This document shows, piece by piece, positions 25,401-33,615 of a DNA stretch of 64,000 nucleotides; within the stretch, counting starts at the first letter, position 1; each line of letters begins with the position of its first letter. The translations under genes and the position numbers were made by a program. Under the pieces are notes generated by a model. The model did no database searches, was not told where the DNA came from, and saw nothing but the letters and a program-made list of their open reading frames with translations. Source of the DNA: an uncultured archaeon (GTDB lineage Archaea; Iainarchaeota; Iainarchaeia; Iainarchaeales; GCA-2688035); assembly GCA_964354805.1 (NCBI GenBank), contig CAYHBD010000030.1, forward strand, positions 6,800-70,799. Reading direction: 5' to 3'.

Positions 25401-26081
25401 GAAAGGCTTTAACGCAGCGGCAAACTGCAGCAGTTCCTCCCTGCTGTATGCCCTGCTGCCCTGCATTTTTTTATCCAAAAGCGGAACGCTTGAATCAAAC
25501 TGCTGCAAAAAGAATTGCTCGGCGCCCTGCAGCCATTCGCCGATTGCAACCAAATCGGCTTTGCTGTGCAATGCAGGCACAATGGTTATCCTGAACTCGT
25601 ATTCAACGCCGCTTTCTTTAATCAAGTCAATGCTGCGCTGGATTTTTTGCAAATCAACCCTGGCGCCGGCTGCTTTGCTGTATTTTTCTTTCGCAGCCTT
25701 TATGTCCATTGCAATGTAGTCCACTGCTTTGGCGGCAATCAGCTTTTGCAGCATTTCCGGTTTTGAACCATTTGTGTCAATTTTAACCAGCAAGCCCAAG
25801 CGCTTGGCCTTTTTGCAGAAAGCAGGCAGCCCTGCATGCAGCAGCGGCTCTCCGCCTGAAATGCATACGCCATCCAGAAACTTTCTTCTGTCGCGAAGGA
25901 AACGCAGCGCTTCTTTTTCCGTTATTTTTACGCCTGTTTCCTTGTCCAGAACAAGCTGGGCGTTGTAGCAAAAGGGGCACCTGAAATTGCATTTTGGCAG
26001 AAAAAGCGTTGCAGCAACCTTGCCCGGAAAATCAATCAAAGTTGTCTTTTGCACTCCTTTAAAGATAAGCAAACCATACAC
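25371..26081 (-). CDS. nrdG: Anaerobic ribonucleotide reductase activating protein (radical SAM)
   Basis: CNFRCPFCYN radical-SAM cluster motif, and adjacency to nrdD. Confidence 0.9.
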   Translation of the reverse strand: MYGLLIFKGVQKTTLIDFPGKVAATLFLPKCNFRCPFCYNAQLVLDKETGVKITEKEALRFLRDRRKFLDGVCISGGEPLLHAGLPAFCKKAKRLGLLVKIDTNGSKPEMLQKLIAAKAVDYIAMDIKAAKEKYSKAAGARVDLQKIQRSIDLIKESGVEYEFRITIVPALHSKADLVAIGEWLQGAEQFFLQQFDSSVPLLDKKMQGSRAYSREELLQFAAALKPFFGHVAVRGI

Positions 26082-26121
26082 CTGAAATAGTTAAAAAATA
26101 AATAAATTCGGCTGCAACTGG

Positions 26122-26271
26122 TTATACTTTGCCCATTGCTTTTTTCTCTGAGAATGTCTGCCTTTCCTTGAATTCTTCCTGTTTGCCCAGATTCCAGTTC
26201 TGGACTGGCCTCAGGTATCCTACAACCCTGCTGTAGACCTCGCATGGCGCGTTGCATTTTGGCATTTTCAT
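26122..26271 (-). CDS. Stand-alone glycyl-radical peptide of class III RNR (the detached NrdD C-terminus), 49 aa
   Basis: Below the ORF-track size cut-off. MKMPKCNAPCEVYSRVVGYLRPVQNWNLGKQEEFKERQTF... carries the RVVGY glycyl-radical motif. SD GGAGGT lies 3 nt upstream of the ATG. Confidence 0.75.
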   Translation of the reverse strand: MKMPKCNAPCEVYSRVVGYLRPVQNWNLGKQEEFKERQTFSEKKAMGKV

Positions 26272-26317
26272 CGACCTCCGTTTTTTAATTTTAATTTTTT
26301 GCCAATCTCAAATAAAA

Positions 26318-28333
26318 TCACTGCATTTGCCGCACTGTTTGCTTTGCTGCCTCTTCTTTTTTTTCGCTCACTTCAACAGGGCAGTTGAAGTGCTTGCCCT
26401 TGACATAGCCGTGAACAGGGCAAACACTGAAGGTTGGCGTAATAGTGTAATACGGCATCTTGAAGCCGTAAGCTATTTTTTTAACCAGCCTGCCGCATGC
26501 CTCTCCCGATTCCATTGCCTCTCCAAGGAAACCGTGCAATACTGTTCCGCCAGTGTATTTGCACTGCAGTTCATCCTGGTGCTTTAATGAATCAAAAATG
26601 TCGTCAGTGAAGTCAACAGGCAGCTGTGTGCTGTTTGTATAATATGGTGCATCCTTGCCTGCTGTTTTTATTTCCGGGTAGTTTCTTTTGTCTATTCTCG
26701 CAAGCCTGTAGGAGGCGCCCTCTCCGGGAGTTGCCTCCAAGTTGAATATGTGGCCTGTCTCTTTCTGGAATTCAGTCAGCCTTTCCCTGAAGAAGTCAAG
26801 TGATTTTAATGCAAGCTGCCTTCCTTCCTTGCCTGCAATGCTTGTTTTCAGGAAATTTTCGCAGCATTCATTCATTCCAATCAGACCTATTGTTGAAAAA
26901 TGGTAATCCAATGTGCCCAAATAATGCTTGCTCCATGGCAGCAAGCCCTGCTGCATGTTTTTGTTCACTTCCTTTCTTTTGATCTCAAGGCTTTCCTTCG
27001 CAAGATAAAGCAGTGTATCCAGCCTCTCGAAGAAATCATCCTCGTCTTTTGCAAGAAAACCAAGCTTTGACATATTGATTGTCACAACTCCAATGCTGCC
27101 TGTTTTTTCACCAGAACCAAACAGGCCGCCTGTTTTTTGCTTCAGGTCGCGCAAATCCAATTGAAGCCTGCAGCACATTGAGCGAACATCGCTTGGCTTG
27201 AGCGAGCTGTTGATGAAGTTCTGGAAGTATGGAATGCCGTACTTTGCAGTCATGTTGAAGAGAGCCTGCGCGTTCTCGCTTTCCCAATCAAATTCTTTCG
27301 TAATATTGTATGTCGGAATTGGAAAGGTGAAAACCCTGCCGTTTGCGTCCCCTTCGGTCATTACCTCAATGAATGCCTTGTTAATCATATCCATTTCATC
27401 CTGGAAATCAGCATATGTTTCATCGGCAAGCATTTGACCGCCGTAAATCACTGGCATGTCCCTCATGTCAGATGGAACAGTCCAATCTAGGGTAATGTTT
27501 GTGAATGGCACTTGGTTTCCCCAGCGTGATGTTGCGTTTGTTGCAAAAATGAATTCCTGCAATGACTGCTTTACCTTCTTGTAATCCAGATTGTCTTTTG
27601 CAACCAATGGCGCCAGGTAAGTGTCAAAGCTGTTGAATGCCTGGGCTCCAGCCCACTCGTTCTGCAAGGTTCCCATGAAGTTGACAATCTGGCCAAGTGC
27701 TGCATTGAAGTGCTTTGCAGGCTTTGCAGCAATCCTGCCTGGCACTCCACCGAAGCCGATTTCAAGCAGCTGCTGCAGGCTCCAGCCTGCGCAGTATCCT
27801 GAGAATGTGCCGTTTCCCAAATCATGGATGTGGAAGTCGGCGCTCCTGTGCGCGTTTGATATCTCTTCCGGATAAATGTTTCTCAGAGCATACTCTGCAA
27901 TGACTGCACCGCTTATGTGTGCCTGCAATCCTGAAAGGCTGTAGGAGGCGTTGCTGTTTTCCGCAACCCTCCAGTCAGTCAGCATTACGTAATCGTCAAC
28001 GATTTTATTGATTTTGTTCAGGAAAGCGGCTGCATCCCTCAGCTCTGCTCTTTTCTGCCTGTAAATGATGTATGCCTTTGCTGTTTTTGCGTGCCCTGCC
28101 TCAATCAGTTCCTTTTCAACAGTGTCCTGAATCTCTTCAACGCCCGGAGTCTTTGTCCCGAATTTTTTCTTCAGGGCGTGCACTATTCTGTCGGTCAGGT
28201 CAACTGCAATCTGCCTGTTTGTTCCGCCGACGGATTTTGCGGCAGCAAAAATAGCGTCCTCAATCTTCTTTCTGTCAAAGGGGGCAGTGCTGCCGTCCCT
28301 TTTTCTCACGCTTTCCAAAAAACGCTGAACCAT
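26318..28333 (-). CDS. nrdD: Anaerobic ribonucleoside-triphosphate reductase (class III) catalytic chain, lacking the glycyl-radical tail
   Basis: N-terminal ATP-cone-like KRDGSTAPFDRKKIEDAI, then the NrdD core. It ends ...CPVHGYVKGKHFNCPVEVSEKKEEAAKQTVRQMQ* just before the expected second CxxC and RVxGY. Confidence 0.9.
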   Translation of the reverse strand: MVQRFLESVRKRDGSTAPFDRKKIEDAIFAAAKSVGGTNRQIAVDLTDRIVHALKKKFGTKTPGVEEIQDTVEKELIEAGHAKTAKAYIIYRQKRAELRDAAAFLNKINKIVDDYVMLTDWRVAENSNASYSLSGLQAHISGAVIAEYALRNIYPEEISNAHRSADFHIHDLGNGTFSGYCAGWSLQQLLEIGFGGVPGRIAAKPAKHFNAALGQIVNFMGTLQNEWAGAQAFNSFDTYLAPLVAKDNLDYKKVKQSLQEFIFATNATSRWGNQVPFTNITLDWTVPSDMRDMPVIYGGQMLADETYADFQDEMDMINKAFIEVMTEGDANGRVFTFPIPTYNITKEFDWESENAQALFNMTAKYGIPYFQNFINSSLKPSDVRSMCCRLQLDLRDLKQKTGGLFGSGEKTGSIGVVTINMSKLGFLAKDEDDFFERLDTLLYLAKESLEIKRKEVNKNMQQGLLPWSKHYLGTLDYHFSTIGLIGMNECCENFLKTSIAGKEGRQLALKSLDFFRERLTEFQKETGHIFNLEATPGEGASYRLARIDKRNYPEIKTAGKDAPYYTNSTQLPVDFTDDIFDSLKHQDELQCKYTGGTVLHGFLGEAMESGEACGRLVKKIAYGFKMPYYTITPTFSVCPVHGYVKGKHFNCPVEVSEKKEEAAKQTVRQMQ

Positions 28334-28505
28334 TAAACCAACCCGGTAACACTAAAAAATTATTTAAAAAAAATTCTGTCAATACAAGGCAACGGAAAAA
28401 ATAATGCGAAACATATTTATAAAAGTTTCCTATGGATTTTTGGCACAGTAAGGTTTTTATAGCCTTAAAAAAATTTAGTTATTTCAACCAAAATTTTTTT
28501 GTAGC

Positions 28506-29027
28506 TTAAAATTCATCTTCAACAATAATTTCGCTTTCTTTTCTCCTGCCTGTAACGAATGGCTGCTCTGCTGCATAGCCGATTGGCAGAATCGCGACAG
28601 GCAGCATATCCTTTCCGGCATTTATCGCATCTGAAACAGTAGCAGCATCAAATGCACCGACCCAAACACTGCTTAGGCCGAGTTCCTGCGCTGCAAGCTG
28701 CGCGTAAGCGCAAGCGATTGTTGCATCCTGCAATGCATACAATTCTCTTCCTCTATTGCTGTACCTGCCTGCGCTTCTTTTCAAATCAGCTACAAACACA
28801 AGCAATAAGGGAACTTGCCCTACAAAGCCCTGACCCAAAGAAGCAGCAGCCAACTGCTGCCTTTTTGCTTCGCTTTTCACAACAACAATTTTGAATGCCT
28901 GCAGGTTGCCTGCGCTTGGCGCACTATTTGCAGCGCGCAGTATCTGCTGCAGCTTGTTGGTCTCAACCTTTTTTTCCTGAAAGCGCCGCACGCTGTGCCT
29001 TGCCTCAATCAATTCAAAAAATTGCAT
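28506..29027 (-). CDS. Nitroreductase family protein
   Basis: MQFFELIEARHSVRRFQEKKV is the typical family N-terminus. The track ORF extends to 29135. Confidence 0.8.
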   Translation of the reverse strand: MQFFELIEARHSVRRFQEKKVETNKLQQILRAANSAPSAGNLQAFKIVVVKSEAKRQQLAAASLGQGFVGQVPLLLVFVADLKRSAGRYSNRGRELYALQDATIACAYAQLAAQELGLSSVWVGAFDAATVSDAINAGKDMLPVAILPIGYAAEQPFVTGRRKESEIIVEDEF

Positions 29028-29056
29028 AAGAATTTGTTCATTCAAAGCGCTTTTAA

Positions 29057-29350
29057 TTATTGTTTTTTGAAAAACAGCCTGCACAGGCAGTGGCCCTGCT
29101 CCCTTATTTCGCTCTTGTGGAATGCGCAGGGGCAAATCTTTGTATCGTCCTCAGCTTTTTTTCCGGTCAGCGCCCTGCAGGGGCAGTATTTTGCGCCCTT
29201 TGAATTGAGATTCTTTGCCAAAGCGCTTATTACTAAATTCACTATTTTTTCATCCGGATTTAAAACAAGGCCTTCCCTCTCAGCGTAAGCAGTGCTTTCA
29301 GCCAGAATCTTTTTTTCTATTGAATCCAAAAAAATCACCCATTTCTTCAA
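29057..29350 (-). CDS. Ferredoxin:thioredoxin(disulfide) reductase catalytic-subunit-like protein
   Basis: CPCR...CPC...HCLC cysteine pattern, characteristic of the FTR catalytic chain. Confidence 0.75.
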   Translation of the reverse strand: MKKWVIFLDSIEKKILAESTAYAEREGLVLNPDEKIVNLVISALAKNLNSKGAKYCPCRALTGKKAEDDTKICPCAFHKSEIREQGHCLCRLFFKKQ

Positions 29351-29580
29351 ATGCCGAGCGCTCTCAGCAGCGCTGCCTCGTCAAAGCCAATGATTATTTT
29401 TCCGCCAATGTCAATGACAGGGACAGCAGTCTGCCCTGTCTTGCTGATCATTTCCCTCAGCTTTTGCGGATTGCTGGCTACATCAAAATCCTGGAAATTG
29501 ACATTGTGTTCGCTCAGGAATTCTTTCACCATGTCGCAAAAAGGGCAGGTTGGCGTAGAATAAACAATTACTGGCTGCAT
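29347..29580 (-). CDS. Glutaredoxin / NrdH-like redoxin
   Basis: MQPVIVYSTPTCPFCDMVKEFL contains the CPFC active site. The track ORF extends to 29628. Confidence 0.8.
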   Translation of the reverse strand: MQPVIVYSTPTCPFCDMVKEFLSEHNVNFQDFDVASNPQKLREMISKTGQTAVPVIDIGGKIIIGFDEAALLRALGI

Positions 29581-29626
29581 ATAAGATAATTTAAAAAGAA
29601 AAAATATTTTTAAGGCAACAGGGTTC

Positions 29627-29697
29627 AAAGCGTGTTGAATACCTCAGTCTTTTAGAGGCATAATTTAGGCAAATTATTTATTTTTTCAACACGCTTT
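29627..29697. promoter_or_regulatory. Perfect 13-bp inverted repeat spanning a divergent promoter region
   Basis: AAAGCGTGTTGAA (29627-29639) and TTCAACACGCTTT (29685-29697), separated by 45 nt, between the glutaredoxin gene and the 29746 gene. Confidence 0.45.
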
Positions 29698-29745
29698 CAA
29701 AAAAAGAAAAACCTTTTAAAGAAACCCCTGCCAAAAATACTTAAT

Positions 29746-30414
29746 ATGCCTGAATCAAGCGAAAGCGAAGAAAACGAAATTGAAGGAGCGGAAAACGCTG
29801 CAGTGTGGGAAGCAAGCCGAAAAGCAGAGCAAGATGCTGTGCAAAAGGCAAATAATGGCAGAAGACCAACAACGCCTTTGATTGCGGTAATTGCTGTTTT
29901 GGCAATTATTATTGCAGCGGCAACTCTTGTTTTTTTATTCAGGCAACCAAGCCAAACAGGGCTTACAGTGTTATCCAATAACACAGACAGCAACGCCGCT
30001 GTTGCAGGGATAAAAACTTTTTCAAAGACAAACGACCAAATTGAAACAATTGACGGAAAGCCTGTGATAAGGCTTTTTTCAACAACCTGGTGCCCGCACT
30101 GCCAGTGGATAAAGGAAACATTTGACGCTACCGTAAAGCCTTATGTTGATTCCGGAAAAATTGTTGCAAGGCACTGGGAGCTTGACATTCAGGATGATAC
30201 GCTTACAGCCGCTGTTGAAGGCAGTGTTCCAAAAGAAGAGCAGGACGTATTCGCCAAATTCAGCCCTGGCACAAGCATACCTGCATTTGTTTTCGGAGGA
30301 AAATATTACAGGATTGGAAACGGCTACGAAACGCAAAAAGATTTGGCTGCTGAGAAAGCGGAATTTACTGCAGTAATTGAAGCACTGCTGAAAGAGATGG
30401 AAGAACAAAAGTAA
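29746..30414 (+). CDS. Membrane-anchored thioredoxin-fold protein
   Basis: One TM helix (PLIAVIAVLAIIIAAATLVFLF) and the WCPHC active site. Confidence 0.6.
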   Translation: MPESSESEENEIEGAENAAVWEASRKAEQDAVQKANNGRRPTTPLIAVIAVLAIIIAAATLVFLFRQPSQTGLTVLSNNTDSNAAVAGIKTFSKTNDQIETIDGKPVIRLFSTTWCPHCQWIKETFDATVKPYVDSGKIVARHWELDIQDDTLTAAVEGSVPKEEQDVFAKFSPGTSIPAFVFGGKYYRIGNGYETQKDLAAEKAEFTAVIEALLKEMEEQK

Positions 30415-30540
30415 AAAAAACTTTTTCTAAGCGGATAGGCAAAAGCAAGAAAGCTTTTTCTTATCAGGCTAAGCTTTGCTGAAAGAAGATGAAGGAAAGA
30501 AATAGTGCAATCTTTTTAATTCAATTTTTTATTTACAATA

Positions 30541-31677
30541 CTAACAGCTTCCGCCGCTAACGGTTCCGCCGCTATATTGCTCTGAAATGCCTGATGAAGC
30601 GAGTTCCTTTGACAGCACAGTTGAGCATGCTGCTGGCTTGGTTGTGAAACCATAGCACAAGAGGTTTTTTACGTTTTCAGCTGACCTCTCGCTTCCGGTC
30701 GCATTGTTGTCAGCACCGAATTCGAATTCGTCGACTTGCATGCCGTTAAGGAACAGGGTTGGCGAACTTCCAACGCCATTCTGGTTTGCTAGATCAAAGT
30801 CTGCCTGAGCATATGCAATGCCCTTTGAAGTGTCTGTCATGCATGTGTTCAGCTTTGCCTTGTCAATGCCTGCAGCAGTGAGCGCTGCCTCGCTGTCGCC
30901 TTTTTTCATGTATTCGGAAACATAAGGCCAATATTTGCCGCCCTGCTCTTCCCTGATGCAAATCTGGCGCAGGTTCTCCTGCGCTTCCACATCGCCGTGC
31001 ATCGAGGTTATTTTTCCGCCCTCAATAGAGCCAATATAACGAACTTTTATGTTTGCCCCAAGACCTGTTGCCACTGGTGCAAGAATGCGCTGCATCTGCA
31101 GACCATATGGGCAGTTTGAAACAATGAATGCTTCAAGCAGGGCGCTTTCCTGCGGCTCTATATCTTTGTAGGAAAAAGTCGGCGTTGGCTCTGCCTCAGG
31201 TTGTGGCTCAGGCAATGACTTGTCCAAAAAGAAAATATTGGAGAATTCCTGACCGGTAAACATTGTTGTGCCCTCTTTTGTAACATAAACCGTTATGTTG
31301 CCCTTCTGCCCGCTGCTTTCCATCAGAATATCTGCGGAATACAAATCGCTGTTCAATGAAGTAAGCGAAACAACGGTTGCATTGGCATCCTGGCCTTGCA
31401 TTAATCCTGTTAAATAAGTCTGCAGCTTCAGCTGCAATGCATTCACATCAGGACCGACAGCAGGGGAAGGAGCCAAGCCGGCTGTATTGGGCATAGCAAC
31501 CCTGTCAATTAACGCACCAACAATCAATCCGACAATCAGGACAACAATCACTGTAAGCAATAAATTCTTGCAGCAGAAAAAAGCAATGCCTTGTTTCTGC
31601 TTTTTAGCCTCATGCTCTGCTTTTGCTTCAGACTGTTCAGCTTTTTCTTCAGCCGCAGCGCCTTCTTTCTTGCTCAT
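30541..31677 (-). CDS. Membrane-anchored DsbA/thioredoxin-like protein
   Basis: N-terminal TM helix, the NCPYG motif in a thioredoxin-like context and a C-terminal PTLFLNG motif. Start set at MSKKEG. Confidence 0.5.
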   Translation of the reverse strand: MSKKEGAAAEEKAEQSEAKAEHEAKKQKQGIAFFCCKNLLLTVIVVLIVGLIVGALIDRVAMPNTAGLAPSPAVGPDVNALQLKLQTYLTGLMQGQDANATVVSLTSLNSDLYSADILMESSGQKGNITVYVTKEGTTMFTGQEFSNIFFLDKSLPEPQPEAEPTPTFSYKDIEPQESALLEAFIVSNCPYGLQMQRILAPVATGLGANIKVRYIGSIEGGKITSMHGDVEAQENLRQICIREEQGGKYWPYVSEYMKKGDSEAALTAAGIDKAKLNTCMTDTSKGIAYAQADFDLANQNGVGSSPTLFLNGMQVDEFEFGADNNATGSERSAENVKNLLCYGFTTKPAACSTVLSKELASSGISEQYSGGTVSGGSC

Positions 31678-31734
31678 GCTAAAATTCAACCAGCAAAACA
31701 ATTAAAAAGCTTCTTTTATTGTAAGAAAAAATCA

Positions 31735-32196
31735 TTATTTAACGAAAATCACGTCTTTTTCCGAATCAATCCGCCTGAAAGTGCGGAAAATTTCCGCAGC
31801 CTGACTGAAATTCCCTGCCCTCTTGAAAAAACTGACTGCGATTGCAGCCTGCTGCTTTGCAACCCTCGCAATTTCCTCTTTTGCCTTAACCAAATCCGCG
31901 TGGTGCAGTGCAGTAATGCTTATCACTGAATCAAAGCTGCTGCGCTTGAAAGGCAGCTGCTCTGCCCTGCCGACAACTTTAACTCCATTGAAATGCTGCA
32001 GCATTTCCCTGCAAGGGTCAAGCGCAATGCACTGCGCTTGCTGCCGGAATTCCCTTGTTGTTATGCCAGTGCCTGCGCCAATGTCAAGCAGCAATCCATG
32101 CAGCGCAGCGTGCTTTTTAATCAGGGCTGCTTTTGCCAGCTGCTCTTGGGCATGCAGGGCATCATAGCCTTTGCTTATTGCGTTATAGTATCGCAT
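31735..32196 (-). CDS. Class I SAM-dependent methyltransferase
   Basis: LLLDIGAGTGITT (motif I). Confidence 0.6.
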   Translation of the reverse strand: MRYYNAISKGYDALHAQEQLAKAALIKKHAALHGLLLDIGAGTGITTREFRQQAQCIALDPCREMLQHFNGVKVVGRAEQLPFKRSSFDSVISITALHHADLVKAKEEIARVAKQQAAIAVSFFKRAGNFSQAAEIFRTFRRIDSEKDVIFVK

Positions 32197-32268
32197 TCCA
32201 AAATTATTAATTATAAAAAGGAATAAATAAAGGGTGGGTTTTGATTAATAAAAGAGCCATTTTTCATA

Positions 32269-32745
32269 TCAGCCGAACAGCCGCCCGATTGCATCTCCTG
32301 CAAAGTGGGTTAAAACAATAACGCATATTGCAATCAGCAAATGCTCTGCAACCGCGTAGCTGGGTTTTTGCCCCTCGCCTTTTGCAATGAAAAAGCTGAG
32401 CACAGCCAGCAGCAGCAAGCCCCATGCCACACCTACAATCATTGCTGTTGAAAGCGGCAATAAAAGCACTGGCAAAACAAATGAAAGGGCAACAAAGAAT
32501 TTGGCGACAAAAGTTGCTGCCGTTGACTGCCAAATCTCTTTGCTTGAGTGCTTTTTCTCCGATTCCTCGCTTACATGAATGCCAAGCGCGTCGCTGAATG
32601 CATCAGCAATTGCAATCGTCAGAATGCCGCCGATTACAACCGGCTGGCTGTGTGTCCCTGAGTGCAGCCCGACCATTAAGCCAAGAGTTGTTATTATTCC
32701 GCTTGTCACGCCGAAGCTGAATCCAATACTTAAACTGTGGTTCAT
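32269..32745 (-). CDS. VIT1/CCC1-like membrane protein (putative Fe/Mn transporter family)
   Basis: Glycine-rich TM helices and the IADAFSDALGIHVSEESE motif. Confidence 0.5.
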   Translation of the reverse strand: MNHSLSIGFSFGVTSGIITTLGLMVGLHSGTHSQPVVIGGILTIAIADAFSDALGIHVSEESEKKHSSKEIWQSTAATFVAKFFVALSFVLPVLLLPLSTAMIVGVAWGLLLLAVLSFFIAKGEGQKPSYAVAEHLLIAICVIVLTHFAGDAIGRLFG

Positions 32746-32856
32746 AGCAAAAAGGGATAAGAGAAATTAATAAAAAAGCATAATAATACCACTTGGAAAA
32801 ATAAAAAGAGGCAATACCGCCGCCAACGGCGCCTAAAAAAGACAATTACTCTTTTA

Positions 32857-32878
32857 AATATGTTGTTGCCAACATATT
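32857..32878. promoter_or_regulatory. Palindromic operator candidate (ATGT-N8-ACAT) overlapping the ABC operon promoter
   Basis: AATATGTTG-TTGC-CAACATATT is a perfect 9-bp inverted repeat. It contains ATGT-N8-ACAT and sits about 25 nt upstream of the 32902 start, in an operon that ends with a PadR gene. Confidence 0.5.
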
Positions 32879-32901
32879 AGCAACTTTTTGGGTGATTCCG
32901 A

Positions 32902-33615
32902 TTGCCAGCTGAGGCCGTGATTAGGGCTGAGAATGTTTCAAAAGCTTACCAGATGGGCACTATTCAGGTAAAGGCACTGGACAATGTCAGCCTGGGCATT
33001 AAAAAAGGCGAATTCATTGCAATAATGGGGCCAAGCGGCAGCGGGAAGACAACTTTGCTTGATGTTTTGAGCGCTTTGCTGAGGCCAAGCAGCGGTGAAG
33101 TGTTCATCAATGGCAGGCCGATAAGCGAGATGGACGACAACCAGCTCGCTGTTGTAAGGGGCAGAACAATCGGATTTGTTTTCCAGACATTCAATCTGAT
33201 AGCGAGAATGACTGCTTTGGAAAATGTCATGCTGCCTTTGTGGTTCCTGGGAAAAAGCCCGGAGGAAAGAAAAGCTGCTGCAGAGAAAATTTTGACAGAT
33301 GTTGGCATGGCTGAAAGGATGCAGCACAGGCCGAACGAGCTGAGCGGAGGCCAGAGGCAGAAGGTTGCGATCGCAAGGGCGCTTGCAGTAAACCCTGATG
33401 TGATTGTTGCCGATGAGCCTACCGGAAACCTTGACAGCGCAAGCGGCGAGCAAATCCTGAACATAATAAAGGAATTGCACGAGAAAAAAGGGAAAACAGT
33501 TCTGATGGTAACGCATGAAAGATACGTTGCGGAGAAGGCTGAAAAAATCCTGCATTTGCGGGATGGCATGATTGTTAAAAAGGAAGAAATAACCAAAAAA
33601 AGGAGAGGTGGTTGA
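32902..33615 (+). CDS. ABC transporter ATP-binding protein (MacB/LolD-like)
   Basis: Walker A GPSGSGKTT, signature LSGGQRQ and Walker B VIVADEPT. Confidence 0.9.
   Translation: MPAEAVIRAENVSKAYQMGTIQVKALDNVSLGIKKGEFIAIMGPSGSGKTTLLDVLSALLRPSSGEVFINGRPISEMDDNQLAVVRGRTIGFVFQTFNLIARMTALENVMLPLWFLGKSPEERKAAAEKILTDVGMAERMQHRPNELSGGQRQKVAIARALAVNPDVIVADEPTGNLDSASGEQILNIIKELHEKKGKTVLMVTHERYVAEKAEKILHLRDGMIVKKEEITKKRRGG

Noticed and set aside
26036-26257. The track ORF of 73 aa (MQRAMRGLQQGC...) between nrdD and nrdG.
   Set aside because: A different frame on the same strand (26122-26271) encodes the canonical NrdD glycyl-radical motif and has an SD. The 73-aa frame has no support.
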